A stretch of DNA of 64,000 nucleotides from Gemmatimonadota bacterium. Lineage in GTDB: Bacteria; Gemmatimonadota; Gemmatimonadetes; Gemmatimonadales; GWC2-71-9. A program made the position numbers and the translations under genes. The notes below the pieces were generated by a model, which was not told the origin of the DNA, ran no database searches, and was given only the letters and a program-made list of their open reading frames with translations. Shown here piece by piece: positions 29,517 through 38,577 of the stretch. The stretch's first letter is position 1; every line of letters starts with the position of its first letter. The DNA is taken from the NCBI GenBank assembly GCA_039589275.1, contig JBDHHP010000001.1:7551-71550 (forward strand), read 5' to 3'.

Positions 29517-29985
29517 TTCGTATCTCCGCCATCAAACTTCGCAGCGCGACTCGTTGATCCGTAGCTAGCAGCTTCGCCACCGCCAACAGAATCACTGTGC
29601 GTTCTCCCAACGTGAGAATACCACTGATGCAATCTGCGGCAAGGCCCTTAACGATCGCAGGTGGCGCGGCCACGCTTTCCGCCGACGCCTTGAGAACCTC
29701 CAGCACGGCGTCCACCACCAGCCCGATTTTGCCATCGTCCCACTGCACTATCGCAATCCGTGTCCCTTCGTCGATTGACCCAGGCAGCTCCAACCGCTCT
29801 CGGAGATCCACCACCGGAATTACTTCATCTCCGTGCTTCAGCATGCCGACGAGGTAGTCCGGAGCCTTTGGCAGTGGGTTCGGCTCTTCGTACCTGAGTA
29901 TCCGCTCTACCTCGAACACATTGAAGGCGAACTCATGGCCGCCGAGACGAAACGTGACGAGCTGGACCTCATCGGCGATGTTCAT
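29509..29985 (-). CDS. cheW: chemotaxis coupling protein CheW
   Basis: 158 aa; QLVTFRLGGHEFAFNVFEVERIL..VGMLKHGDEVIPVVDLRERL is typical of a CheW domain. Confidence 0.9.
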   Translation of the reverse strand: MNIADEVQLVTFRLGGHEFAFNVFEVERILRYEEPNPLPKAPDYLVGMLKHGDEVIPVVDLRERLELPGSIDEGTRIAIVQWDDGKIGLVVDAVLEVLKASAESVAAPPAIVKGLAADCISGILTLGERTVILLAVAKLLATDQRVALRSLMAEIRNE

Positions 29986-30409
29986 TACCTAGCTCCGCTC
30001 CTCCTGCAACCAGTCTCTCAGCCAACACCTCCAAATCGACAATCGGAATCAGCTCGCCTTCGTGCTGTACCACACCGGAAGCCCATGGAAGTTGCCAGGT
30101 TTCCGGAACCGGGCGCGGGTCCTCCCGCACCAACTCTTCAGCATCGTCGACCACGAAAGCAACCATAGCACCGGAACACCGCGCGAGTACAACCATGCCG
30201 TGACTGGTATCTGACGCAGCATCGTCCTCAATGAGAGCAGCTAACTGTACCAACGGCACAACACGCTGCTTGATCGGCGTCACTCCCATTACAGCAGGAT
30301 GTGAACCGGGAGCGTCCAGTCTCTCGAATTCCTCTACGACCTCGACTACTTGGTCGACTCTCAGGCCTAGCCACCTGTCGCCCAATCGCACCCTGAGGTA
30401 CTCTGTCAA
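29969..30409 (-). CDS. divergent CheW-like coupling protein
   Basis: YLRVRLGDRWLGLRVDQVVEV..GVVQHEGELIPIVDLEVL. The track ORF (to 30691) overlaps cheB, so I place the start at TTG 30409, 2 nt after the cheB stop. Confidence 0.75.
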   Translation of the reverse strand: MTEYLRVRLGDRWLGLRVDQVVEVVEEFERLDAPGSHPAVMGVTPIKQRVVPLVQLAALIEDDAASDTSHGMVVLARCSGAMVAFVVDDAEELVREDPRPVPETWQLPWASGVVQHEGELIPIVDLEVLAERLVAGGAELGNEHRR

Positions 30410-30411
30410 GT

Positions 30412-31485
30412 TCAGCTCACTCCGTGGAGTGCTCGTTGTATCGCACTCGCTACCTGCTGCAGCGGTACGATTTCGGTCGCCCCGCCGAGCTCGGCTGCTG
30501 CCTTGGGCATGCCAAACACCACTGACGTTCCCCTGTCCTGGGCTATCCCTGTTCCCCCAGCATCTCGAATCGCACGCAATCCCGCGGCTCCATCCCGACC
30601 CATTCCCGTGAGAACTACCCCGACGGACCTCGAAGCGAACCTCGTCGCAACGGACCTGAATAGCGGGTCTGCCGCCGGTCTCACACCCCACAATGGCGCT
30701 TCCCGGTTCAGGTGGATTCGCAGGGCACCCTCGGTGGCAACAAGCATGTGATAGTCTCCCGGTGCCACCAGAGCCGTGTCCGATTCGATTCTCATGCCGT
30801 CTTCGGCCTCGTCTACTGTCAAAGCGCTCAGCTCATCCAGTCGTTGCGCGAGGCTGCGTGTGAACCCGCCAGGCATGTGCTGCACGATAAGCGCAGCATA
30901 GCCGACGCCCACCGGAAGCTGCGGCACGATTTCCACTAGAGCACGGGGACCACCGGTACTCGCGGCGATCACGAGCACTCGCGTCACGTCCGCGGTCACG
31001 GCTGACCGTCGTAGCGCCGTTCTCGGCGGCTCCAAAGCTGGACGAATCGGTCGGGTCCGGTCCAACACTACTGAGTCCGCCGCATCCAGCGCACGAAGGA
31101 CCGCCACTACCATTAGCGCCAGCCCCTCGGGTTCTCCGCCGGTCGGCTTGGCCACAACTTCCACTGCGCCCAGCTCTAGAGCACGGACTGCGGCGTCGGC
31201 TCCGGGACGCCCATAGGCACTCACGACCACGATGGGCCTAGCGCACTCCCGCATTATTCTCGCGATGGCCCGGAGCCCGTCCAGCCTAGGCATCTCGATG
31301 TCCATGGTCACTAGGTCCGGATTCAATCCCCGGATCTTCTCGATGGCGTCCAGGCCGTCGCACGCCGACCCTGCGAGCCGAAACCGCCCGGACTGTGACA
31401 CAGCGTCACCCAGCACACGCCGCATGAACGCACTGTCATCAACCACCAGAACGGTGGGTTGTCGCTCAGAGTTCGATCGGCTCAC
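30412..31485 (-). CDS. cheB: protein-glutamate methylesterase/glutaminase CheB (REC plus methylesterase)
   Basis: VLVVDDSAFMR..VTMDIEMP receiver, and a catalytic Ser/His/Asp context (ASTGGP, VQHMPGGFT, GMGRDGA). Confidence 0.95.
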   Translation of the reverse strand: MSRSNSERQPTVLVVDDSAFMRRVLGDAVSQSGRFRLAGSACDGLDAIEKIRGLNPDLVTMDIEMPRLDGLRAIARIMRECARPIVVVSAYGRPGADAAVRALELGAVEVVAKPTGGEPEGLALMVVAVLRALDAADSVVLDRTRPIRPALEPPRTALRRSAVTADVTRVLVIAASTGGPRALVEIVPQLPVGVGYAALIVQHMPGGFTRSLAQRLDELSALTVDEAEDGMRIESDTALVAPGDYHMLVATEGALRIHLNREAPLWGVRPAADPLFRSVATRFASRSVGVVLTGMGRDGAAGLRAIRDAGGTGIAQDRGTSVVFGMPKAAAELGGATEIVPLQQVASAIQRALHGVS

Positions 31486-31960
31486 TACCCACCGTGCGTA
31501 CAGTCACAACACCACGCTCCCCGTCCAGCCAAACCGAGCGGCTCTTCTCACCTCCGACGGCCTCTCCTACTATGGGTACCGATACGCCGCGCAAACTCGA
31601 CCTGCAAGCGACAACGTTCCGCTCTCCAATGTGAACCGCTCCGGCCGCGAGCAGGTCCGCGAACATACTGGCACCGCCAACCAAGCGACATGTGATCCGC
31701 TCCTGCGCTGCGCCCTTCTCGCACATTGCACCCACCAGCCACGGGACGGCAGTGTCGGCGGACCTAATGGGATTGCTCGTGTCCCTGGATAGAGACCGCG
31801 ATGGCAACAAAACGTGCGCCAAGCCGCACACTCTCGCCTCACGATCGTCCAGGATTACCGCCACACAGCTTCCGAGGCCGAGAGCTGTGAGGGTCTCACC
31901 GCTGTCGGTCACGGCCATGGCACCGAGCCTGACCAGGATCTCCTCGCCACCAGCGTTCAC
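31466..31960 (-). CDS. cheD: chemoreceptor glutamine deamidase CheD
   Basis: 164 aa; ALGLGSCVAVIL (catalytic Cys), GLAHVLLP. Confidence 0.9.
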   Translation of the reverse strand: MNAGGEEILVRLGAMAVTDSGETLTALGLGSCVAVILDDREARVCGLAHVLLPSRSLSRDTSNPIRSADTAVPWLVGAMCEKGAAQERITCRLVGGASMFADLLAAGAVHIGERNVVACRSSLRGVSVPIVGEAVGGEKSRSVWLDGERGVVTVRTVGSEPIEL

Positions 31961-32778
31961 GGTCGACGGTATATGCGTTCTCTCGGGTTCTCGAGGATGA
32001 GGCGCGTCCTCAGTACGCCTAGCAGAGTCTCGCTTTTTCCCAATACCAAGTATCCGTCGCGACGCAGGGCGGCGATGAAACCGGAGATAAGCCGATCTTG
32101 AGTCACTCGGTCAAAGTATATCAATACGTTGCGACAGATGATCAGGTCGTACGGCGGTGCGGGCGGCGGATCCTTAATCACGTCGTGTTTGCCAAACACA
32201 ACCAGATCGCGCACGCCCTGGTCGATGGTGCGGGGGCTCGCTCGACTGAAGTAGCGCTCAACTAGGTCCGCGGGCATCTCTTCGAACGCCGACTCGTTGT
32301 ACACACCTCGCTGAGCTCGATCCAGGCAAGCTCCGTCGAGATCAGTCGCATCGATTCGCACGGCCTCAGGGCGGGTTCCGGATTGCCGTGCCAACTCCGA
32401 GATTAGTATCGCCAACGTGTAAGGCTCTTCGCCGGACGCGCAGCCAGCCGACCAGCATCTCAACTCGCGGGGCCCCTCGCCCCACAGCGCTGACAAAGCT
32501 GTGTTCTTAAGAGCATCCCACGTTTCCCGATTGCGAAAGAACTTAGTGACGTTGATGGTCAGTGCATCGAGCAACTTATCGTATTCGGCTCTGTCCCGTT
32601 CCAACACGTCCGCGTAGGCCTCGTACGTGTTCACTTCGCACGCACGCATACGCACGGCGAGGCGACGTCTCAGGCAACTCTCTTTGTAAGCATCGAATCC
32701 AAAGCGACGTTCCCGGGCAATTTTCTCGACCAACTGGACGAGGTTGGGATCGCGCTCGGCCGGATTACGTGAGGGCAC
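31957..32778 (-). CDS. cheR: chemotaxis protein methyltransferase CheR
   Basis: TNVTKFFRN and the SAM-binding WSAGCASGEEPYTLA, RNVLIYF. Confidence 0.95.
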   Translation of the reverse strand: MPSRNPAERDPNLVQLVEKIARERRFGFDAYKESCLRRRLAVRMRACEVNTYEAYADVLERDRAEYDKLLDALTINVTKFFRNRETWDALKNTALSALWGEGPRELRCWSAGCASGEEPYTLAILISELARQSGTRPEAVRIDATDLDGACLDRAQRGVYNESAFEEMPADLVERYFSRASPRTIDQGVRDLVVFGKHDVIKDPPPAPPYDLIICRNVLIYFDRVTQDRLISGFIAALRRDGYLVLGKSETLLGVLRTRLILENPRERIYRRP

Positions 32779-34384
32779 TCACGGTATCCAGATTCGTTCG
32801 AGCCAGCTCGTGCTTCGGGTTGAGTTCCAGCGCTTTGCTCCAATACTCGGCAGCCAGTTCTCGGTCGAGTCGCTTATACGCGATGTTCCCCAGCTTGAAA
32901 TAGACGTCGTCGCCTAGCTCCGGCTGCAACTTGCACGCTCGATGATACGAGTCCCAGGCCTCATCATACCGACCTGCTCGATAGTGGATATCTCCGAGGT
33001 TCTTTGACAGTTGCGGTACGGACGGCTCGTCTGCGATGGCCACTTTGAGAACCTCCTCTGCCTCCTCTACACGACCCAGCAGCTCCAGCAAGGCGCCGAG
33101 GTTATTCCGCAGCACTGCGTGCTCTGGGTAGCGCTCCAAGCCTTCTCTCAACACCGCCTCCGCCTGGTCGTAATCCTCCTGGCATCCCGCTGTCAGTGAA
33201 CGCGCCCAGTACCAGATCTCACTCAGTAGCTGCTCGCCCGCTACCTCCCGCGCGCGGTCGAGCCGTCCAGCAGCGACCTCGAAGTCCCCCCGTCGTAGAG
33301 CCACGACGCCCCATCCAGTGAGGATGTGTCGGTCCCTACGCGCCCTGGTTGCTGCCTCGGCGTAGTGTGCCTCGGCATCCTCGAGCAGACCCGCTTTCTC
33401 GCAACTCAGTGCCAGGTTGTACAGCACTGACGGCCGCGATCCGCCGCGCTCGACGGCTACCTTGAAAGCGTCCATTGCCTGCTGCCATTGGGCCTGCCGA
33501 AAATGGATCAACCCGAGGTAAAACGAGGCACCGCCATCCGACGGTCGCAGCTCGACGACGCGCCTGAACTCCCGCATCGACTCGTCAAGCATGCCGGTGC
33601 GGTAGAACGCTATCCCGAGATTACGGTGCTCGTCGACTCGGACATCCGGAACCTCCGGCTCCCGCTCCGTCTCCTTGCGACCCGAGGCGTGCACGAACCC
33701 CGCAGTAATGAGGCCGTAGAGCGCCTTGCCCACGTCGAACTCAACCATCCCGGTCTCCTCGACGATCATGGCAACCTCACGGGTTCCGTCCAGAAAAGGT
33801 ACAAGACGTTGCTGCTCTTCCGACAGCGTCACACTCGATGATTCCAGATGGTCCTCGTCCAACTCGAAGACGATGTCGAGTGAGGGGATCTTCTTTTCGA
33901 TCTGGCTCCACTCGTCAACTCGACGGGCGCCTTCGAGCAGCAGAGCCTCCGGATCAATGGAAACCAGAAAATCCTGACGGTGGGGCCGTACATCACTCTC
34001 AAACGTGAAGCTCCCCCGTCTCCAGGTGAAGAGGAAGTACACGGCCTCCTCGATCTGGACACGCATGTAGTGCTCCAGTTCGGACTGCGATATAGCACCT
34101 GTGTCCACCAGGATCTCGCCGAACTTCTTGTCCCGGTCGTGGTCCTGCAAACGGATGGCCTCGTCGAGCTGGCCTTGGTTTATTCTGCCACTCTTGAACA
34201 GGATGTCGCCCAGGCGGTCCCGGCGGTTCACCACTGTTGCGTAGATGATCCTCCCGGCATCGAAGAAGATGTAGCCCAGGCTGGACCGGTCGGTAATCGA
34301 AAGGCAGCCTGTCTTACGTCCCAGCGACAGCAGTTGGAGGACGTCTGGCAGTGAAGCTTCCTTGAGACTACCCTTTATCGCCAC
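32765..34384 (-). CDS. PATAN (DUF4388, PatA-N-terminal-like) domain plus TPR-repeat protein
   Basis: N-terminus MAIKGSLKEASLPDVLQLLSLGRKTGCLSITD..GYIFFDAGRIIYA with a helical insert; the C-terminal ~280 aa are TPRs. Paralogue of 38534-39691. Confidence 0.8.
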   Translation of the reverse strand: MAIKGSLKEASLPDVLQLLSLGRKTGCLSITDRSSLGYIFFDAGRIIYATVVNRRDRLGDILFKSGRINQGQLDEAIRLQDHDRDKKFGEILVDTGAISQSELEHYMRVQIEEAVYFLFTWRRGSFTFESDVRPHRQDFLVSIDPEALLLEGARRVDEWSQIEKKIPSLDIVFELDEDHLESSSVTLSEEQQRLVPFLDGTREVAMIVEETGMVEFDVGKALYGLITAGFVHASGRKETEREPEVPDVRVDEHRNLGIAFYRTGMLDESMREFRRVVELRPSDGGASFYLGLIHFRQAQWQQAMDAFKVAVERGGSRPSVLYNLALSCEKAGLLEDAEAHYAEAATRARRDRHILTGWGVVALRRGDFEVAAGRLDRAREVAGEQLLSEIWYWARSLTAGCQEDYDQAEAVLREGLERYPEHAVLRNNLGALLELLGRVEEAEEVLKVAIADEPSVPQLSKNLGDIHYRAGRYDEAWDSYHRACKLQPELGDDVYFKLGNIAYKRLDRELAAEYWSKALELNPKHELARTNLDTVSALT

Positions 34385-36339
34385 TAGGTCAGCTCCTCGA
34401 CAAGCCTCTCGGCAGGATCTGGCCAGTTCCAGATCATCTTCTCTCGGCTCTGGAGAGCGCCCGCAGGACTCACCACAACACCACTGGTTCTGAGCCCCGC
34501 CGAACTCCGTCGAGCTCTGGGTAGCGCTCCCTCGATCAGTTCTCGCGCAAGGCCCGCGCTCGGCGGAGCAGCTCGAGCGTCCGCCGCATCGAGTACGCGT
34601 TGCACCAAGCCCGTCACAGCTCGAACCGAGTCGGCGGGACGATCAGCCAAGTAGTCCACGAGCTCGGGATCAGCCTCCGCCGCAACGCCACCCATCATCC
34701 GCTGCACCATAGACGATCTGAATTCCCGATCCGGTGAAAGCAACACGAAGCTATCCGCCCCTCGGATGCGAGACATCAGCTGTTCCGATAGGCCTGCTAG
34801 TTCGTCAGGCGGAGCATTGGAGGTGAGCACTAGCGGCTTGCCCTCCCCCAGTAGCGTGTCGACCAGGCCAGCGAGTTCTTGTTGCGCGGACTCGGTCCCC
34901 GCCAACAGCTGCACGTCATCGATCAACAGGGCCTTGCTGCTTTGGAACAGCGATCGCAGTTCGGAGACCCGGTCGTCTCGCTCTGCCTCCGCTGTCATGT
35001 CGCGGAATTCCCGTGCAGACACGCAAGTCACACCGGAGCCAAGCGCAGAGGTCAGCGCGTTCCCAGTTGCGTGAAGCAGATGTGTCTTGCCGACACCCGT
35101 CCGCCCGATCACGATGATCACGTTGCGGGAACCCTGATCCTCCAGCCCTCGCATCGCCTCGTCAGTCCGCCTGTTCACTGCGCTGCCGATATAGTTATTG
35201 AATGTCCAAGCGGGAGATGGACCAGGCAACGACTCTGTCTGCGGAGCCAGCGTGTCAGCAAGTACCTGCGCTTCGGAAACGCGGTCCGGGTCCCTAAACA
35301 GTGGATCGTCGGCACGGACGGGATCGACTTCACTGACCGATTTCCTCAAGGTCACGAGCCGCTCGGCGTCCCGCTCGAATTCCTCCAGGGCTGCCTCCAC
35401 CGGAATCGGTGTACCTTGATCCAACAAACCCTCCAACCTGGCAGTATCAATTCCTTTTCTTCCCCAGCGCCGTATGGCTTCGGTGAGTTCGGCTTCCCAT
35501 GCAGTTACTTGCTGCTGGACCGTGACGCTCACCTCGGAAAGGAAATCAGCAAACTCATCCTCGCTAGCTTGATGCCGGGCCGTGATTAACGACGGCCTCG
35601 GGCTGGCATCAATCGCTAGCGCCTCGCCTTCCAACAAAGACCTGGCCCCCTCCGGTGTGAGAGGACTTTCGCTCACCGCATCCAGAGCTATCAGCCGGTT
35701 GAGTAGCGACACCAGCTCTCGAGTATTCGTGATGTCGAATTCCGCGACCACCGAAAGGACTGACTCATCCAGGCCGGTCGCTCGCGCGCTAGCCCTGCCC
35801 TGCAGCACACCGAGACGCGTTTCGTAGTCGGGAGCGCCCATCTCGACCACAAGCCCGGCGTCGATGAGTGACGCCAGGGACGAATCGAAGTTGTCGATGT
35901 CTCGGGGAGCACAACGACCTGCGAGCAGGAGGTGCCGGCCGCTCGACTGAGCCTGTTGTATGAGCTTGGCGAGTTCAGTCTGGACGTCGCGCCGCCGGTC
36001 CAACAGATGCGCATCGTCGATCAACAATACGTCCGCCTCCGCCAGCCTGTGTCTGAAAGCGTCGGCCTGCCCAGCGGAAGCGGCAGCGCTGAAGGCTTCT
36101 GCCATCCGATCAGGAGTCACGTACTCGATCGAGCGCGGCGGATCTGACTGCGACGCTTTCAGACCAACTGCCATGAGCAGATGGGTCTTGCCAACGCCCT
36201 CGCCTCCATAGAGATACAAGGGGTTATACATGCCACTAGGGCGGGCAGCAACCGCCCCCGCTGCAGTAGCCGCCAGCTCGTTGCCACTCCCCACAACGAA
36301 CGTGTCGAAACTGAACTTGGGGTTCAGTTCTCCTGTCAC
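34384..36339 (-). CDS. tandem DnaA-domain-III-like AAA+ ATPase (two modules, no DnaA domains I/II/IV)
   Basis: Module 1: [73 protein letters not shown]. Module 2: [64 protein letters not shown]. 4-nt overlap with the mglA stop and 1-nt overlap with the next start. Confidence 0.8.
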   Translation of the reverse strand: MTGELNPKFSFDTFVVGSGNELAATAAGAVAARPSGMYNPLYLYGGEGVGKTHLLMAVGLKASQSDPPRSIEYVTPDRMAEAFSAAASAGQADAFRHRLAEADVLLIDDAHLLDRRRDVQTELAKLIQQAQSSGRHLLLAGRCAPRDIDNFDSSLASLIDAGLVVEMGAPDYETRLGVLQGRASARATGLDESVLSVVAEFDITNTRELVSLLNRLIALDAVSESPLTPEGARSLLEGEALAIDASPRPSLITARHQASEDEFADFLSEVSVTVQQQVTAWEAELTEAIRRWGRKGIDTARLEGLLDQGTPIPVEAALEEFERDAERLVTLRKSVSEVDPVRADDPLFRDPDRVSEAQVLADTLAPQTESLPGPSPAWTFNNYIGSAVNRRTDEAMRGLEDQGSRNVIIVIGRTGVGKTHLLHATGNALTSALGSGVTCVSAREFRDMTAEAERDDRVSELRSLFQSSKALLIDDVQLLAGTESAQQELAGLVDTLLGEGKPLVLTSNAPPDELAGLSEQLMSRIRGADSFVLLSPDREFRSSMVQRMMGGVAAEADPELVDYLADRPADSVRAVTGLVQRVLDAADARAAPPSAGLARELIEGALPRARRSSAGLRTSGVVVSPAGALQSREKMIWNWPDPAERLVEELT

Positions 36340-36935
36340 GTCGGAGTCTCCTCGCTCAGTTTCTTCAGCACCAGTTCCGATACCCCCTTCAACGTCTCGA
36401 ACACACCTGCTCCGTTCAGGGCGTCAGCCGGAAAACTCGGAGCGTCACGAAAATTCAGAGCATCGTCCATCTCGTCGGGTGTCAGGATGAGATCGGACGG
36501 CAGGTCCTGTTTGTTGTATTGCAGCACCACCGGCACCCCACGCACATCGACCGCCTGCTCGAGGAGGTTCTCCTGCAGGTTTTGCAGGCTCTCGATGTTC
36601 TCGTCCAATTGACGCGCCTGGCTGTCAGCTACGAAGACGACGCCATCGGCACCCTGGAGAACCAGCTTGCGAGTAGCGTTGTAGTAGACCTGTCCCGGCA
36701 CAGTGTATAGCTGGAAGCGCGTGGTGAAGCCAGAGATTTGCCCGAGTTCCAAAGGTAGGAAATCGAAGAACAGGGTGCGGTCGGTCCGGGTCGCAAGAGA
36801 CACCATCCTTCCGCGGCGCGTTTCCGGCACGCGACCGTAGATGTACTGTAGGTTCGTCGTCTTGCCAGACCTCCCGGGCCCGTAATAGACGATCTTGCAG
36901 GTGATTTCCCGGGTGGTGAAGTTCACTAACGGCAT
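36336..36935 (-). CDS. mglA: MglA-family Ras-like small GTPase
   Basis: Colinear with Myxococcus MglA as I recall it: [62 protein letters not shown]. Confidence 0.93.
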   Translation of the reverse strand: MPLVNFTTREITCKIVYYGPGRSGKTTNLQYIYGRVPETRRGRMVSLATRTDRTLFFDFLPLELGQISGFTTRFQLYTVPGQVYYNATRKLVLQGADGVVFVADSQARQLDENIESLQNLQENLLEQAVDVRGVPVVLQYNKQDLPSDLILTPDEMDDALNFRDAPSFPADALNGAGVFETLKGVSELVLKKLSEETPT

Positions 36936-36938
36936 GAT

Positions 36939-37409
36939 TTACCGCCCAAAAAGTGACGCCAAGCTCTCGTTGAGCTCGCGCTCGAAGTTCGCGCTAATAA
37001 CGGCCTTCTGGGGAATCCCTTGCGGACACGCCTCGTTGAGCTCCCGAGCAAGATCCTCGAAGAACAGCTGCACTAGACCTACAGATGACTCCGATCCGTA
37101 GACGACGAGTGCAAGCAGACGTCCACGCGGTGTGTCGGTCTCCGAAAGAAACACCCCGTGTCTTGCTCCTTGGTGATTCAGCGCCCTGAAGCCGTTTTCC
37201 CCGATCGCACTTGCGATCTCTCTAGTAGAGGAGACGATCGCGGCCCCCAAGGCAGCGGCAGCCATGATATCCACCGCACGGGTGAAGCCGTGCTGGGCCA
37301 AGACCTGGCCCGATGGAGTCATGATGAGAGTCAGCCGCGCGTCGGCCTCGGTAACGAAGCGCTCCAGGGGCTCCATCATCCAGGGTTCCACCGCCCGCGT
37401 CTGCTTCAC
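36939..37409 (-). CDS. mglB: MglB (roadblock/LC7 GTPase-activating protein)
   Basis: 156 aa; IGENGFRALNHQGARHGVFL..SSVGLVQLFFEDLARELNE and an extended C-terminal helix resemble Myxococcus MglB. It lies immediately upstream of mglA, as in the mglBA operon. Confidence 0.85.
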   Translation of the reverse strand: MKQTRAVEPWMMEPLERFVTEADARLTLIMTPSGQVLAQHGFTRAVDIMAAAALGAAIVSSTREIASAIGENGFRALNHQGARHGVFLSETDTPRGRLLALVVYGSESSVGLVQLFFEDLARELNEACPQGIPQKAVISANFERELNESLASLFGR

Positions 37410-37753
37410 GGCACCAGCTCCGCTGCGTGCAGCATCTCGAGTCTCACCAGCCCGACATTCACGTCCTTGTCGGCTACGACTACGATCACCACGTCTGCTG
37501 CGGGCATTACAAGAAGCGTCCCGTTGGCTGCCTGCAGTTGGACGAAGTGCGGCACGCCGACCCCCGTGGCATAACAGGCTCGGGACATTCGCCCGGCGAA
37601 GCTGGCGGCCAACGCCGCCACCGCGTCACCACGAATGTTCTCCATCACCGCGTCCGCCACGATCAACCCGTCATCGCCGGTGACCACCAAAGCCCCGCGG
37701 ACTCCGCTGATTCGTGTGACCCGATCGAGGGCCTGCTTGATTGCCTGAGTCAC
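37406..37753 (-). CDS. roadblock/LC7 domain protein (second MglB paralogue, MglC-like size)
   Basis: 115 aa; ISGVRGALVVTGDDGLIVADAV..LLVMPAADVVIVVVADKDVNVGLVRLEM is the roadblock pattern. ATGA overlaps on both sides. Confidence 0.8.
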   Translation of the reverse strand: MTQAIKQALDRVTRISGVRGALVVTGDDGLIVADAVMENIRGDAVAALAASFAGRMSRACYATGVGVPHFVQLQAANGTLLVMPAADVVIVVVADKDVNVGLVRLEMLHAAELVP

Positions 37754-38577
37754 AACTCTTGCTCTGCGAGCCAGTCCTTGGCGGTATCGGCGGCGCGCTG
37801 CGCCATGACCGCCAGCCTGCCGGCGGGCACGCTGCGATCTCTTGCCACCAACATCAGACCGTCCTTAGACGGACGACTCACATGGACGTTCCCGCTCGCA
37901 CCCTCCGCGGCCACCCACTCCCAAGAGCCCATTCCCAGTATGCGCGTGGTGCGCGCCGCCTCGTGAACGGCGCCCGTCACGAAGGCCGCCACGTCGTCCG
38001 AGACGTCTGCACCGGTCGCATCTCGAATACCTCCCGCTAGCACCAACCCTCTGGCGTCGAACATGAGTAGGCCGTGGTCGGCCCCCGCTAGACCCGCAAA
38101 CACCCTTGACTGGCGGACCTCTGCCTCGACTTCCGAGGTCTCGACTGCTTCCCTGACCACGTGTAACGCCTCGACCACGCTGGAATCAGTGGGGTCCGCC
38201 GCCAACGCCGTCTCGAGGTGCTCCAACGCTCCATCCAGGTCACCCCAACGGAAGCTCAGGAAGCCTAGGCCCTTATGAGCTCCCAGGTGTCGTGCGTCTT
38301 TCTCGATAGCCGCATACCATTCGTCACGAGCTTGCTGCAGGTGGCCCATGTCGACGAGCACGCGTGCGTACAGGTCATTTGCGTCGGCGAGGTCGGTATG
38401 ACGTTCCAAGCCCGCGACGGCTACTTTTGCGGCCAGGTACAACTGCCCCCTGGATCGCAGTGACTCCCCCAAATCGAGAAAGACCAAGCTGTCCGGATCA
38501 CGGGCGAGTTCGGCACTCAACGTGCGGACTTCGTCAACCAACGGGGCCTCCGAGCATACCGTCCAGCTTGCCCACAA
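37750..38577 (-). CDS. TPR plus C-terminal roadblock/LC7-like domain protein
   Basis: N-terminal TPRs (LVFLDLGESLRSRGQLYLAAKVAVAGLERH..) and a C-terminal HGLLMFDARGLVLAGG..GNVHVSRPSKDGLMLVARDRSVPAGRLA. TTG start at 38577 (alternative TTG at 38541). Confidence 0.7.
   Translation of the reverse strand: MWASWTVCSEAPLVDEVRTLSAELARDPDSLVFLDLGESLRSRGQLYLAAKVAVAGLERHTDLADANDLYARVLVDMGHLQQARDEWYAAIEKDARHLGAHKGLGFLSFRWGDLDGALEHLETALAADPTDSSVVEALHVVREAVETSEVEAEVRQSRVFAGLAGADHGLLMFDARGLVLAGGIRDATGADVSDDVAAFVTGAVHEAARTTRILGMGSWEWVAAEGASGNVHVSRPSKDGLMLVARDRSVPAGRLAVMAQRAADTAKDWLAEQEL

Noticed and set aside
34384-36339. The DnaA-like gene could be the chromosomal replication initiator, marking oriC.
   Set aside because: It lacks DnaA domains I/II and the domain-IV DNA-binding signature, and it duplicates domain III. 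It sits inside an operon with overlapping neighbours and no AT-rich intergenic region. I saw no clustered TTATCCACA-like boxes nearby, but this was an eye scan only, not an exhaustive search.
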